Of a stretch of 64,000 bases of DNA, positions 31,001 through 39,182 are shown piece after piece; the stretch's first letter is position 1, and the number at the start of each line of letters is the position of its first letter. Position numbers and translations under genes: made by a program. The DNA is from a virus. Under the pieces are notes generated by a model. The model was given only the letters and a program-made list of their open reading frames with translations, was not told where the DNA came from and did not search any database. The stretch covers positions 42,371-106,370 of IMG/VR virus record IMGVR_UViG_3300045431_000601. One strand, written 5' to 3'.

Positions 31001-31612
31001 TGCAGAGCTTACAGCGAAAGCTGCATCAACCGCCGCAAATTTATTTATTAACTGATTAGAATCTAATGTCGTTTTATTAAAAGAATTTAAAGCCGCTGTA
31101 ATTGCTTCTACGCTTTTAGCTGTATCTAATCCGCTTAGTCTAGATAAGATTAAAGCATCGCTAGTTCTTTTTAGCGTTTCTTCCACAGAAAGACCTTGTC
31201 GAGAAAGTTCTGTAGCAGCTTTAGCTACTTCTGAAAAAGATTGAGCAGTGCTCTGAGCTATAGAAAATAATCCATCTCCAAAACTAGACAATTGTTTATC
31301 TGAAACGTTTAATATTACATTGATATCTTTTAAGCTTTTTTCTAATTGTACAGTATTACCTATCATAGTTTCAAATGCTTTTTGTACCGCGTAAATTGCA
31401 CCAGCCGAAGCACCGAATGCGATAACACGAGCGTTAGACGCGGCTAGAGACTTTTCAAATTCGCCTAATTGACCATTAATTTTCCCTAAAGGTTGTGAAA
31501 AACCTTTAGTATTAAGAGTTAAAGCCTGATTAGCTACTCTCTGTATTTCTTTTTCTATAGGCTTTGTATTGCCTAATACATCCAGTATAATCCTGTCATT
31601 ACCTTCTGCCAT
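25037..31612 (-). CDS. Tail tape measure protein (TP901-like core)
   Basis: 2191 aa, largely helical; ELSRQG, DLAEAVKRVGSTA, GSVIGNSFKTIFTR; follows tube and chaperones. Confidence 0.92.
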   Translation of the reverse strand: MAEGNDRIILDVLGNTKPIEKEIQRVANQALTLNTKGFSQPLGKINGQLGEFEKSLAASNARVIAFGASAGAIYAVQKAFETMIGNTVQLEKSLKDINVILNVSDKQLSSFGDGLFSIAQSTAQSFSEVAKAATELSRQGLSVEETLKRTSDALILSRLSGLDTAKSVEAITAALNSFNKTTLDSNQLINKFAAVDAAFAVSSADLAEAVKRVGSTAQDAGVSIDELISLVTSAQQITSRGGSVIGNSFKTIFTRVQRPQVLEGLEAIGVATKTAEGGTRPLIQILSQLASTYDTLSDSQQSQVAELVGGVYQINILKAAISDLSKEYSIFGRALNISSQAANQANLRNEELNTTISALFNKTLVNLNKSGAQFGEKAFAPVIKNLLTFINSGLEGFQEGESEGVGTKIGKAISTGLGNFLSGPGLVLGTLGLVKIFERLITYSADAFKSLSGINAKNAEQQSLQTQILNLIGKNPQIIQQINSGTSNTANLHKQILTLIEQETVAMQKQLSVAAQLSKSLIRSGVSVPTSGPMRGTAVKTSALGYIPNFSEREKEEIFGAAMGGYKAGKVKNMNIPGEGNVLYNTAESIVRFDKASQPAIMPPQQSRAGENYKKNFEKTHGFDPYSVFSKNNFIPNFNRSQYQDGWVMSTGKIKDKLKPGSSGRSFEDDIRDDLDIDYSDNKVWYRSRRGDNLALTNKLQNAIQGKEEASALKKGQKDGYYLHMKRGSKGAKDISKYVMVYPGFGKSKGGTTYGQADKYEGNPSIGFQTFPFPGQSKPNIGEDLVSTARKQIVDLSKEFISLIDDRVNPKIVKDKNFESAVLSNMDSSSINSFIGSAFEAGLLASVGAYPENRTENFDLTALELKAIAGTFLNANELLNYEEGDLKNSLSKENLNSMANKIANRHPNRYQKKISNTSTKTPSLAGTAFNGFIPNFSSIKKAMDREKIAEPTAQPEVLWSDTLGSLVVANNKQTAKYGKNADRIIKNDHIDQGQVASKANLMKTGSGKEKYTPNFASSTDFDFSIGGFEDKGVSASLLPQIERLKKASDELVKIYEKEARTLTPNDQILKDIINNNKLNKKSTEQLYQLNKEIIRAKQTEASDNKINPASSLRQKIQANPIYQKIEGARRNLFDDDALSQSQRQFKDKLFYASIGLSLLGGAASSLAEDNQKLGDAINSATIGMSTAAQVGNLIGGKAGLYTAAIGTAISSLVSISNYISNQKDKFDKLVQERTQRASDFGGAFPKYSEALQKFNDASTDPKTSSETLQNLQEKMYSAAQGLPDAYRSQLLAINSFTALQEKGVEIQEKLNKEKDNADFASRMQGRVDSNAEAFKNVLAALTPLTKSPTFKSSEATQYGQKMAGDLSLDQRKNFESIISNIANKASTQGSTRSARDILTEQLTQNPTFLKTYGVNQELTEPIENLAFKANALGVGDEESVRKVIRSFIDSILEGQKDLQTAKNLEKEREKQISVLLKAEEATKRATEQTNLFREALNRTTENAVLNSSFDQQYQNQTEYNKYDLAIKKSKMNLDYNQPFLSEESIAQQNFSLGEKERQANLLFNSKKLETEAVKSMVSQVLKNVDKIKQSGDEVQGTQDLERISQFKNSILELQKSNLNPKQFQESLLQQFSKTFGKDEQGNLADLMSSSDATLQQMVSEIKSLHQTTNQEKALAQAQLEIQKKMAQRDRDIKAFGGIDGGIQPMGAYSQLIDEFMNFSRAAGDSYAPQSIRDQGTLGSIKSAQELLGGAGIFTNDRGLRQLAINARSRQINSDARALAASAPPELARYFFEAQARSKDIATQQVDNMMKNFEADENGDSNIDINEIRNALDELDLSSLNSRLGNNTISTDENTDAIKKLTASIEASKIKEKEAKREQEGIEKITGIDYQIKALEEKKRAYETDPTIDKTIKESKSQELLNQIRELQERKADLETQYGIPTPTSYAQSASIPQALQQSAPPKTTTSNNTALNQGVASAQEESSEQVMINGKPIPRSQWNTAFKDDTRPDWTTAKDTLSKEYPLPLNLGEEARQEEKRRTENERRKQELFNSMNGFNRSSLDYESWKNQSQPFESKPFYENDDKNRKKYIQPFESKSGGQSSSQDLNLNVNQDPMEVRMGSMDVNVRAEPWKVELDSGTLDNISEELLSKVEQRVTKTEEALTQKLEDLKRDANEKFRSLGIASPPSKGKFA

Positions 31613-31631
31613 AAAAATACCTCTTACAGTA

Positions 31632-31637
31632 TTACAC
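31632..31637 (-). promoter_or_regulatory. Putative late promoter core GTGTAA
   Basis: Intergenic, 19 nt upstream of tape measure ATG. Confidence 0.7.
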
Positions 31638-31641
31638 TATA

Positions 31642-32664
31642 TTATTTTTGTTCGTGCAATTTTATTAGTTCTGCAAAAGATAAATCTTTACCCGCTTTTT
31701 TGGCTTCTTCTTGAAGATCTATAATCTTTGCCGAAGGATCTTGTGAGCGGACCATCTTCTCTATCTCCTCTTTAGAGGCGCCTATATAAGTTGTGCCAGT
31801 TCGATCCTTTATTTTTGTTTTTTTATTGAAGATCTTATCGTAGTCTTCTTTGCTCTCATACCAAGCCAATAGTTCGTCCATGCTGTCATAGTCTGTGGGT
31901 AAAACTACTTTTGAAGAAGCAAGATAATTTTTAAAATATTTGCCATAAGCAAAAAGGTCTAATTGGTTCCTAGATAATTCTACTATTGGTTTACCATAGA
32001 AAATTATAGGATCATCTTCGCATAAATAAAAATTATTAGAAAAAAATACAGAAATTGATATTTTTTTTATATTTTTTTCGTTTATCTCTTGGTTGTATTT
32101 ATTATATATAAATAGATAATTAGACAAAATATTAGGTTCAACTTCCTCAAAAGCTTTCTTATTTTTAAAACACCTTTCATAAAAATTTTTATCTTTAAAA
32201 AAAGACAGATATATCACATACTCATTGGCTTTTTGCAAAGCAAAAGACTCACAGGTCAACCCAATTGCTTCTTCTCTTTCTTTTCTTAATTCTTTCGACT
32301 TTTTTTCTAAGTCTTCAATATCTTTCTTAAATTGCTCTATTTGTTTTTTTATGACAAGATTTTTTATCGTTAATTGATTATGCTTTATTTTTTCTTCTAT
32401 GCTTTTTATTTCTTCATCTTTTTCTAAAGACCATAGGTTTTTTTCTATTAATAGACTAAGTTTTTCTTTCTCTTCTAAGAGACCTTTGGCTTTAGATTTT
32501 GCAAAGTATTCTTCATAAATTTCATATATTTCATTAAACTCAGATTCCTTAAGATGCTTTAGATATATATTTTCTTTCTTGAAAAAGAATCTAGAATATC
32601 CATCTATTATATTTTTATATATTTTTTTAAGAAAAAATGTTTCTTTTTGAAACTCATTATTCAC
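31642..32664 (-). CDS. Putative tail assembly chaperone
   Basis: Charged coiled-coil protein immediately upstream of tape measure. Confidence 0.55.
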   Translation of the reverse strand: MNNEFQKETFFLKKIYKNIIDGYSRFFFKKENIYLKHLKESEFNEIYEIYEEYFAKSKAKGLLEEKEKLSLLIEKNLWSLEKDEEIKSIEEKIKHNQLTIKNLVIKKQIEQFKKDIEDLEKKSKELRKEREEAIGLTCESFALQKANEYVIYLSFFKDKNFYERCFKNKKAFEEVEPNILSNYLFIYNKYNQEINEKNIKKISISVFFSNNFYLCEDDPIIFYGKPIVELSRNQLDLFAYGKYFKNYLASSKVVLPTDYDSMDELLAWYESKEDYDKIFNKKTKIKDRTGTTYIGASKEEIEKMVRSQDPSAKIIDLQEEAKKAGKDLSFAELIKLHEQK

Positions 32665-33451
32665 TTGTCAATTCTGTCTCAGGCAAGCTTAATTCTGGGT
32701 TATCATAGACTTTTTCAAAAGATTTAAAATCATCTTCTGATGATATTCGCCCCATATACCATAAACTTATAAAATAAGCAGATTTTTTTATAACTCCCTT
32801 TAAAAAGAAATCATCATTTTCTTCTACTAAATCATATTCATTTAACTTTTGATCGAACGTGATTCCTTGGAATAAGGATTTAAAGTCTTTCTTCTCTTCG
32901 TTTTCAGTACTATAAATTAAATTTAAAACCCACCACATAATTGTTTTATTTCTTGCTCTATTTTCTGCGGTCTGATCAAAAAGACTAGATTGGTAAATTT
33001 CTATTTCTTGTAATTCTTTTTTAATCTCTAAAATTTCTCCTAAAACTTTATCGCTTTGGGCTTTTCTATCGCTTTCTGGTAGTTTTTCTAAATTAATTTC
33101 TAATTTCTCTAATTCGTTTTGTTTTCTGTATAGATTTACATATAATACGGCGTATCTCTTCTTTTCTGGTTCACTCATTGCTCCGCCGTCATCTTGATAT
33201 CTTTTCGCAAGAAGGGATCTCGTAAGCATTCCTGCCTTTATCCCTTCCGACATATTAACTGCGTAATAAAGCTCTGCTTCGTCAAACATTTTACGAGTAG
33301 GCTTTACTAATCTAAAGTGAACGGGTTTCTGAACTTTTTCTTTTTTTATAGTTTTTATTTCTTCGCCTTTTTCATTTTTAGATACAGAAGTTACGTCTAT
33401 TTCTATTTCTTTATTCATCGTAAATTCGTACATATATTTTTGTGGATTCAT
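32657..33451 (-). CDS. Putative tail assembly chaperone
   Basis: Coiled coil, TAENRA segment parallels TCESFA in neighbour; between tube and tape measure. Confidence 0.55.
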   Translation of the reverse strand: MNPQKYMYEFTMNKEIEIDVTSVSKNEKGEEIKTIKKEKVQKPVHFRLVKPTRKMFDEAELYYAVNMSEGIKAGMLTRSLLAKRYQDDGGAMSEPEKKRYAVLYVNLYRKQNELEKLEINLEKLPESDRKAQSDKVLGEILEIKKELQEIEIYQSSLFDQTAENRARNKTIMWWVLNLIYSTENEEKKDFKSLFQGITFDQKLNEYDLVEENDDFFLKGVIKKSAYFISLWYMGRISSEDDFKSFEKVYDNPELSLPETELTSE

Positions 33452-33460
33452 ATTTTTTTC

Positions 33461-33721
33461 TTATTTAATAAAATTATCTATCAAAGCCTTTGTTTTTTTA
33501 AAATTAGCTCTTCCACCAATAGTAGCTATAAAGTCTTTCTGCTTGTCTTCTGACCATGCTTTATATTTTTCTAGACCTTTAGAAATAAAACAATCAATGC
33601 TTTCTCCAGTAAAATTAAATTTTTCTTTTAAAGCTTTTTGTATAGATTGTAAACTTAAATTATAATTTATAACCTCTTCAATATTATAATTGAATATTCT
33701 TTTGCCTTTAAATCTATTCAT
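33461..33721 (-). CDS. Hypothetical protein
   Basis: 86-aa ORF, 4-bp overlap with upstream gene. Confidence 0.65.
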   Translation of the reverse strand: MNRFKGKRIFNYNIEEVINYNLSLQSIQKALKEKFNFTGESIDCFISKGLEKYKAWSEDKQKDFIATIGGRANFKKTKALIDNFIK

Positions 33722-34008
33722 GTCTTTATTTTTAATTCTAAATAACTTAGGTTTTTCTCTATCTCTCGGATAGTTTCATTACCTAAATCTAGAATCCTTT
33801 TTCTTATATAATTATATCTGTTTTCGTCAAAATAATCAATATTTTCTAAATCTTTTGTACTAACAAGTTTATTTAATTTATTGAGCATATTTATATGCTC
33901 TTCTTGCAAATCTTCTATTACATTAAGATATCTTTTGTATAAAGAGATAATATTTCTATTAATTTGAAATAAAATATACTCCTTGACCTTTGTTTGATCA
34001 GAATCCAT
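33718..34008 (-). CDS. Hypothetical protein
   Basis: 96-aa ORF with AAGGA RBS and late motif. Confidence 0.75.
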   Translation of the reverse strand: MDSDQTKVKEYILFQINRNIISLYKRYLNVIEDLQEEHINMLNKLNKLVSTKDLENIDYFDENRYNYIRKRILDLGNETIREIEKNLSYLELKIKT

Positions 34009-34032
34009 AATTTCCTTTTGCCTTAAAAAGAA

Positions 34033-34038
34033 TTACAC
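34033..34038 (-). promoter_or_regulatory. Putative late promoter core GTGTAA
   Basis: Right after the terminator, 24 nt upstream of ATG 34008. Confidence 0.7.
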
Positions 34039-34039
34039 T

Positions 34040-34062
34040 AAAAAACCCGCATATGCGGGTTT
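34040..34062 (-). terminator. Rho-independent terminator downstream of tail tube gene
   Basis: AAACCCGC-ATAT-GCGGGTTT hairpin followed by a T-run on the minus strand. Confidence 0.85.
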
Positions 34063-34163
34063 CTCAGTATATTTATATTATAACCCACCCCACCGGCGTC
34101 CCCGACCCCACCCTCGCCCGCGCCATCTTCACCGTCCCCGCCGATTTCCAGGTCAACACCATA

Positions 34164-34191
34164 ACTTTTAACTTTTAACTTTTAACTTTTA
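34164..34191 (-). repeat. 7-bp tandem repeat (TAAAAGT)x4 spanning the tail-tube stop codon
   Basis: actttta x4 on the plus strand. Confidence 0.95.
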
Positions 34192-35225
34192 GTAATAAAC
34201 AAACCATTTTCAGAATCTGATGGTCCGCCTACCTGCGCAGAGAAAGCAAGCGAGACAGTCTTATTCTCTCCAATAGAAGAAGAGAATGATTGACTATCAA
34301 GTTTAGCGCCTTTCAATTCGTATTTTAGATTTGAAGCGCCACTTTTTGTTTTGAATTCTACGCTTATTGTATATTTAGCGCTATCTTCCTTTACGATTTC
34401 AGCCAAAGAGCCAGCCTCTGTATCAGACACAACGGCTTCAAATTCCGCTGTAACTGTAACAGGATAATCGACTTCTTTAGTAAATGCAAATTTACTACCA
34501 AGCTTTTGAATATCTTCTCGATTTAATTCTAAGCTTATTGAAGCATTTTGAACTTTAAGGTCTTTAACACCTTTTGTCCCATTGATTGTAACACTTACGT
34601 CACCAGGCCTTAAAGCTTTAATATCGTTATCGGTATCTGATACAGCAAGAGGTAGGGTAATTTTATTTGTGGTATTTTCTAAACCAGTCTCTGGCTCCAC
34701 ATTAGGAGCAACTATTTCGGACGCACTGGTGTAGAATTTCATGTTCAAGCCTTCTACGCTGACTGTAGCCGTTGGCAGAGATCCTACTGCGGCTTCTACA
34801 GAGTATGAAGTCATGAATCCATTTCCAATGCCTATAACGCTTCTTCCAGAACCTGCTTCGGTTTGGTTTTGGTTTTGGTTTTGATCTTTACCAGCAGAAG
34901 ATATACCGATAAAATAATTTTTGGTGTCTTCAGTTCCGTCGAGAATATTTTTTAAAACCCCTTCTGAGGAAGACAGATGGAATCCTAATTCTGTTTCATT
35001 ATTACCACTAGTTAAATAATAAGAAAACTCTAAGTTGACAGTTGGCTGTTCGAGAATGATTCTATCAATAGCGGCCAATTCACCGTATTGATTTACGTCT
35101 TGGCGCGTAATATTAAAATCATAATTTGCACTTTGAATTCTGTGCAATTGTTTTGGATTTACTTCTGGTGTTAGAGGCCCTACAAAAAGGGCTTCGCTTT
35201 GATAAATTACTCTGTTTCTTGGCAT
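34182..35225 (-). CDS. Major tail (tube) protein
   Basis: 347 aa, acidic and beta-rich, strong RBS AAGGAGA, followed by terminator, between neck genes and chaperones. Confidence 0.8.
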   Translation of the reverse strand: MPRNRVIYQSEALFVGPLTPEVNPKQLHRIQSANYDFNITRQDVNQYGELAAIDRIILEQPTVNLEFSYYLTSGNNETELGFHLSSSEGVLKNILDGTEDTKNYFIGISSAGKDQNQNQNQTEAGSGRSVIGIGNGFMTSYSVEAAVGSLPTATVSVEGLNMKFYTSASEIVAPNVEPETGLENTTNKITLPLAVSDTDNDIKALRPGDVSVTINGTKGVKDLKVQNASISLELNREDIQKLGSKFAFTKEVDYPVTVTAEFEAVVSDTEAGSLAEIVKEDSAKYTISVEFKTKSGASNLKYELKGAKLDSQSFSSSIGENKTVSLAFSAQVGGPSDSENGLFITKS

Positions 35226-35252
35226 ATGTTTCTCCTTAAAATCTACATATTA

Positions 35253-35258
35253 TTACAT
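35253..35258 (-). promoter_or_regulatory. Putative late promoter variant (AG)ATGTAA
   Basis: Intergenic, 27 nt upstream of tail tube ATG. Confidence 0.5.
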
Positions 35259-35286
35259 CTTAAATAAGATATTGAGAAATTATATT

Positions 35287-36123
35287 TTATGCTTTTCTTA
35301 TTTTACTTACGATAATGTCGGCTACAGCAGGAAATACGCTTGGATTTAGCTTATTATCAAAATTAACTATTTTACTTATATTAATATCTTTTATAAAAAA
35401 AGCCTTATTATCTAATGATTTACCATCAATTAAGCCTTCATAATTAAAGTAGCCATTATTGACGCATCCATAGCTATTAAATGGAGACTCATGTTTTTCT
35501 ATTAAAGGTATATAATGACTATTTAAATCTCTTAAAATGGCGCATACGGCGTCTAAATTAAAGGAAGAATCTGCCAGAATCATTAATCTTAGATCTATTT
35601 CTGTATCAGAAAAACCGTCTAATGTAAAATCAATATTTCTTGTACCATTATTTTTTATAAAAATTGCTGGATAGGTTATAGCGTTTGGAGCTATACCAGT
35701 CATAGTTTGGATAGTTTTTGGACGAATATCGTACTTACCCTCAAATAATAGCTCTTCGTCAGGTTTATTTGTTAAATATATATTAAAATCTTTTATAGCA
35801 TATCTTCCGCTTATTTCTCCCTGAACAGGAGAAGTAAAATATGCTTGCCCTTGAGTGGGATTAATTCCGCTTAAGTTATTCTGGCCTATATTTGTAAATT
35901 GTCCATTAATATATAAGCCAGATAGTAAATCAGCCCCTTCTATAGAAGAGTCTGCTACAATTTGTTTAAATGGTAAAGCATAAGTTATAAGATTATTATA
36001 AAGATTATTCGTAGGATAAAATTTTGTTTGGACATTAGAAAATGCTTGCGCCTTATTCATAATTTTATTATCAAGCCACATCATTGCGCTGGATAGTAAT
36101 ATATTATCAAGTTGAGGAATCAT
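35287..36123 (-). CDS. Putative tail terminator/neck protein
   Basis: ITYPAIFI motif; immediately upstream of tube. Confidence 0.55.
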   Translation of the reverse strand: MIPQLDNILLSSAMMWLDNKIMNKAQAFSNVQTKFYPTNNLYNNLITYALPFKQIVADSSIEGADLLSGLYINGQFTNIGQNNLSGINPTQGQAYFTSPVQGEISGRYAIKDFNIYLTNKPDEELLFEGKYDIRPKTIQTMTGIAPNAITYPAIFIKNNGTRNIDFTLDGFSDTEIDLRLMILADSSFNLDAVCAILRDLNSHYIPLIEKHESPFNSYGCVNNGYFNYEGLIDGKSLDNKAFFIKDINISKIVNFDNKLNPSVFPAVADIIVSKIRKA

Positions 36124-36722
36124 CTTCTTAATCCAATTCTTAGTTTTGCTAATAATTCAGACAGATAAGGCATAGGCTTAAAACTTAATCCTCTTAGAGA
36201 ATTAGGAGTTTGTATTGCTGAGCCAGATCTACTTGATTCCCATTTTTTATATAAATAATTACTTAATCCCGAAATCCCCTTCTCTATTCCTATGACCCAA
36301 CTCTTACCATTTTCCCATGGCATTCTTGTTTCTTCTTTAATTTGAGTTATCGATGGTAAATCAATTATGTATTGGATTTTATTTTTTTTATTTATATTTT
36401 TTTTAAATTTAAATTGACTAGCGAGAAAACTTCGAAGATCTTTTATTGGCTTATCTGTTCTTTGAAATCCAATATAAGAAAATAAATTTCCCTTTCCGCC
36501 TAAAGTATTTGAATTGTTTGATGCGTCTGGTCCATCTTGTATCTCTTTTGTTACAGGATGATTATCAAAGTCATTCAAAAAAGAGTTTTTATTTTTTATA
36601 ATTTTATCTTCTATTTTCTCAGAAGCTGTCTGAATAAATTTTTTACTTTTTACCGCATTATTCTTAAGATTATTTAAAAATACTTTACTCATATTATTTT
36701 GTGGCTTCGAGATAGAATACAT
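36120..36722 (-). CDS. Putative tail-completion/neck protein (basic)
   Basis: Basic 200-aa ORF ending FKPMPYL; synteny. Confidence 0.5.
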   Translation of the reverse strand: MYSISKPQNNMSKVFLNNLKNNAVKSKKFIQTASEKIEDKIIKNKNSFLNDFDNHPVTKEIQDGPDASNNSNTLGGKGNLFSYIGFQRTDKPIKDLRSFLASQFKFKKNINKKNKIQYIIDLPSITQIKEETRMPWENGKSWVIGIEKGISGLSNYLYKKWESSRSGSAIQTPNSLRGLSFKPMPYLSELLAKLRIGLRR

Positions 36723-37134
36723 AATAAATTGTATTAAAAAATTTTTTTACAGCTTCATCCCCGACAATGTTAAAAAAATTTCCATCAATTTCTATTTTTT
36801 CTGTTTTTGTGCCATTTAAGATATAGTCTCTTCCTTCTTTCCTGACCTTAATTTTGACAAATCCTTTAGCTATATTATTTGGTATTCCTGGGTATCTTTC
36901 TAAATCTTGCAGATTTTCGTATTTTATTTTTGCCTTAATAGTTCTATTTTCTGGAATATATTGAACATTTTCTGTAGAAACATCTTCGTATCCTAACAAA
37001 GAATTAGATTCTTGATTTAAAATAATTTTTTTTGGTTCTTTATGAACAATAATATCTCTGGCAAAAGTATCAAAAAGATCTTCAATTAATGGGCTTAAGT
37101 TATTTTTTTCTGTATCGTTAAGAAGGCTAGGCAT
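36694..37134 (-). CDS. Putative head-closure protein
   Basis: 146 aa, beta-rich (KIEIDGNFFNI); synteny. Confidence 0.5.
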   Translation of the reverse strand: MPSLLNDTEKNNLSPLIEDLFDTFARDIIVHKEPKKIILNQESNSLLGYEDVSTENVQYIPENRTIKAKIKYENLQDLERYPGIPNNIAKGFVKIKVRKEGRDYILNGTKTEKIEIDGNFFNIVGDEAVKKFFNTIYYVFYLEATK

Positions 37135-37136
37135 TT

Positions 37137-37631
37137 TTAATCCCTCGTTCTTGGGCTTTTATTGTAAATTTTTAATTCCGCAGATACAACGTCGTCTCCT
37201 GCGACTTGCATAGGAGAAGCGCTATTAATTTTATAGAGATCAATCAATTTATTTAATGAATCTACTTCTTGATTTTTTAATTGAGCATAGTTTTTAGCTA
37301 ATTCATTCTTGTTTATTTTTACAACAGTGCTTCCGTCATCAGTTACGCTAACGACACTGTCTAGGCTTGCTGAACCCAAAGTTTTCTTGTAGAGCCTTGT
37401 GTAATAATGTATAGAGTATAATTTTTTTAAAATAGACCCCTCTAAACCTGAAAATGTATCAGGCTTAATTTCTAAAGATTCAGAGTCTATTTGGTATTCT
37501 TTATTTAAAAGAATGTTGAGTTGATATATATTAGATCTAATCCAGAAAGCGATACTTGCAACATTTATGTCTTCTGGTTCGTCTAATTCTCTATAAATTT
37601 GGTCAGATATATCTACAATTTTAAAGCCCAT
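37137..37631 (-). CDS. Putative head-tail adaptor
   Basis: 164 aa, helical with VSVTDDGSTV hairpin; synteny. Confidence 0.5.
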   Translation of the reverse strand: MGFKIVDISDQIYRELDEPEDINVASIAFWIRSNIYQLNILLNKEYQIDSESLEIKPDTFSGLEGSILKKLYSIHYYTRLYKKTLGSASLDSVVSVTDDGSTVVKINKNELAKNYAQLKNQEVDSLNKLIDLYKINSASPMQVAGDDVVSAELKIYNKSPRTRD

Positions 37632-37642
37632 ATATAGTGTTA

Positions 37643-37648
37643 TTACAC
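37643..37648 (-). promoter_or_regulatory. Putative late promoter core GTGTAA
   Basis: 11 nt upstream of ATG 37631; lies within a 9-bp inverted repeat (37632-37653). Confidence 0.7.
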
Positions 37649-37667
37649 TATATTAACCTAAGATTTA

Positions 37668-38801
37668 TTACCAATTTTGTTCGGCTAAAGGTATCCTTGC
37701 CCATTTATCTCCGCTAGTGCATAGATAAAAATAATTTGAATCAAATGTCCATTGACCAGAAACTCCAGGAGAATTAGAAGAAGCCGGAGGAGAAACACGA
37801 TTATACCCGTTAAAGCTATTTCCAGCGAAACCTAGCGCTGAATATATAGCGTCTTGCATAGAAGATAGAGTTGTTGATAATTCATCAGAAGAAACATATC
37901 TACTATCTACGTATCCATCAAAATCATAAACTGATCCGCTAATAGAATCTATCTTATTGCTTAGGCCTAATGTTTCGTTGATTCTTTCGTTAAGAGTATT
38001 AAGTTGATTAAAACTAATAAAGTTATTAGAATTACTTACGAATAGATCATTAATCATTGTTACTATGACGCCTGTATACGAATTATCTAATAAATGACCA
38101 GTGCTATTTTGAGTGACAAATACGCCGGTTTGGTTTTTTTGAACAAAGGAAGTCAAACTTGAATTTGTTAAAAATGTAGAAGCTTGACTTTTAGGTATAA
38201 AAAAATCTTGTCCAGACAATAAAATAGGCACATTTGCGGCTAAAGAAGCGTTGATTTTATCATAATATTCTTGATACATTCCAGAAACTTTTGCAACATC
38301 ACTTCTAAAATTAGGGATATCAAAATTTATTATTGAGTTTTGTTTTAAATTTAGAGCCGATAAATTAAGCTCTAATACAGTTTGATTATTTAAGATACCA
38401 CTTTGAGCATAGGTTAATGTATTAATTTTCGAGTTAAAAAGTAATTGAAAATCATTTAAATCTTCCTTTGTGGCTTGATTATTCCTAAAAGAATCGATTC
38501 TACTATCTACTTGATTAAATTTATTATTTAGGTTAATAACTCCTGTTTCATACGTATTGTATTTAGTAGCAAAATTATTTAAGCTTTGATTTAGATACCC
38601 GCTTAACGCAGAGAAAGAAGAAGATTCATTTGAACCAGTATAACTAATAACAATTTCGTTCTGAGCTTGATTTGTAGTAATATCTATGCCACTAACTCCT
38701 TGCAGCACAATATTTTGTCCGCTTAATCCATTAATGGATGTAGGGTCTCCCTTAGGTCCTTGCGGTCCAGCTGGGCCAACAGTTATAACATTGTCAGACA
38801 T
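37668..38801 (-). CDS. Putative fibre/whisker protein
   Basis: Short GXY start, coiled coil, C-terminal PASSNSPGVSGQWTFDSNYFYLC...W motif seen in phage fibres. Confidence 0.6.
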   Translation of the reverse strand: MSDNVITVGPAGPQGPKGDPTSINGLSGQNIVLQGVSGIDITTNQAQNEIVISYTGSNESSSFSALSGYLNQSLNNFATKYNTYETGVINLNNKFNQVDSRIDSFRNNQATKEDLNDFQLLFNSKINTLTYAQSGILNNQTVLELNLSALNLKQNSIINFDIPNFRSDVAKVSGMYQEYYDKINASLAANVPILLSGQDFFIPKSQASTFLTNSSLTSFVQKNQTGVFVTQNSTGHLLDNSYTGVIVTMINDLFVSNSNNFISFNQLNTLNERINETLGLSNKIDSISGSVYDFDGYVDSRYVSSDELSTTLSSMQDAIYSALGFAGNSFNGYNRVSPPASSNSPGVSGQWTFDSNYFYLCTSGDKWARIPLAEQNW

Positions 38802-38810
38802 ATAAATTCC

Positions 38811-39143
38811 TTATATAGTTACACTAGGTAAAATCTTAATTTTACCTGCGACCAAGATTTCTTTGTTTAAAGAGTCTGAAAATCTATGTATATCATACAA
38901 GAATTCTCCTATAGGCAAATTTTTTGTTTCCTGAGAATCTAAGGAAAATTGAATTATCCCTTGAGTAGCATTAAAAATATTAGGAGATAAATCTAATAAA
39001 AAATTATTGTCTGAAAAGTTTTTTTTTACTTTTCCGGTTAAAGAATAACCAGTCAAATTAGACGGGGAGCCGTCTATTTCCTTTATTAAAAACCTTTTTG
39101 TAAGAGCTTGATTTTGATAAATAAAAAAATCATACTTTATCAT
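38811..39143 (-). CDS. Small Ig-like virion protein (BppU N-terminal-like)
   Basis: NLTGY, GIIQFSL...ET..L, LYDI, GKIKILPSVT. Confidence 0.6.
   Translation of the reverse strand: MIKYDFFIYQNQALTKRFLIKEIDGSPSNLTGYSLTGKVKKNFSDNNFLLDLSPNIFNATQGIIQFSLDSQETKNLPIGEFLYDIHRFSDSLNKEILVAGKIKILPSVTI
38819..38824 (-). promoter_or_regulatory. Putative late promoter core GTGTAA
   Basis: In 3' end of upstream gene, 17 nt upstream of ATG 38801. Confidence 0.6.
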
Positions 39144-39151
39144 GCAAAATA

Positions 39152-39157
39152 TTACAC
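39152..39157 (-). promoter_or_regulatory. Putative late promoter core GTGTAA
   Basis: 8 nt upstream of ATG 39143. Confidence 0.7.
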
Positions 39158-39182
39158 TTTAATTTAAAAATTAAAATGTAAA

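Noticed and set aside
32650-32700. Programmed -1 frameshift joining the two tail chaperone genes
   Set aside because: The downstream ORF is in the +1 frame with a TGA two codons before its GTG, and there is no slippery heptamer at the junction.
34069-34077. T4-type late promoter TATAAATA
   Set aside because: Lies just upstream of a terminator, is expected by chance in AT-rich DNA, and does not recur before late genes.
37632-37653. N4-like hairpin promoters (short inverted repeats around the motif here and near 20011, 43320 and 60143)
   Set aside because: Stems differ in length and position and are absent at most motif sites; weak evidence in AT-rich DNA.
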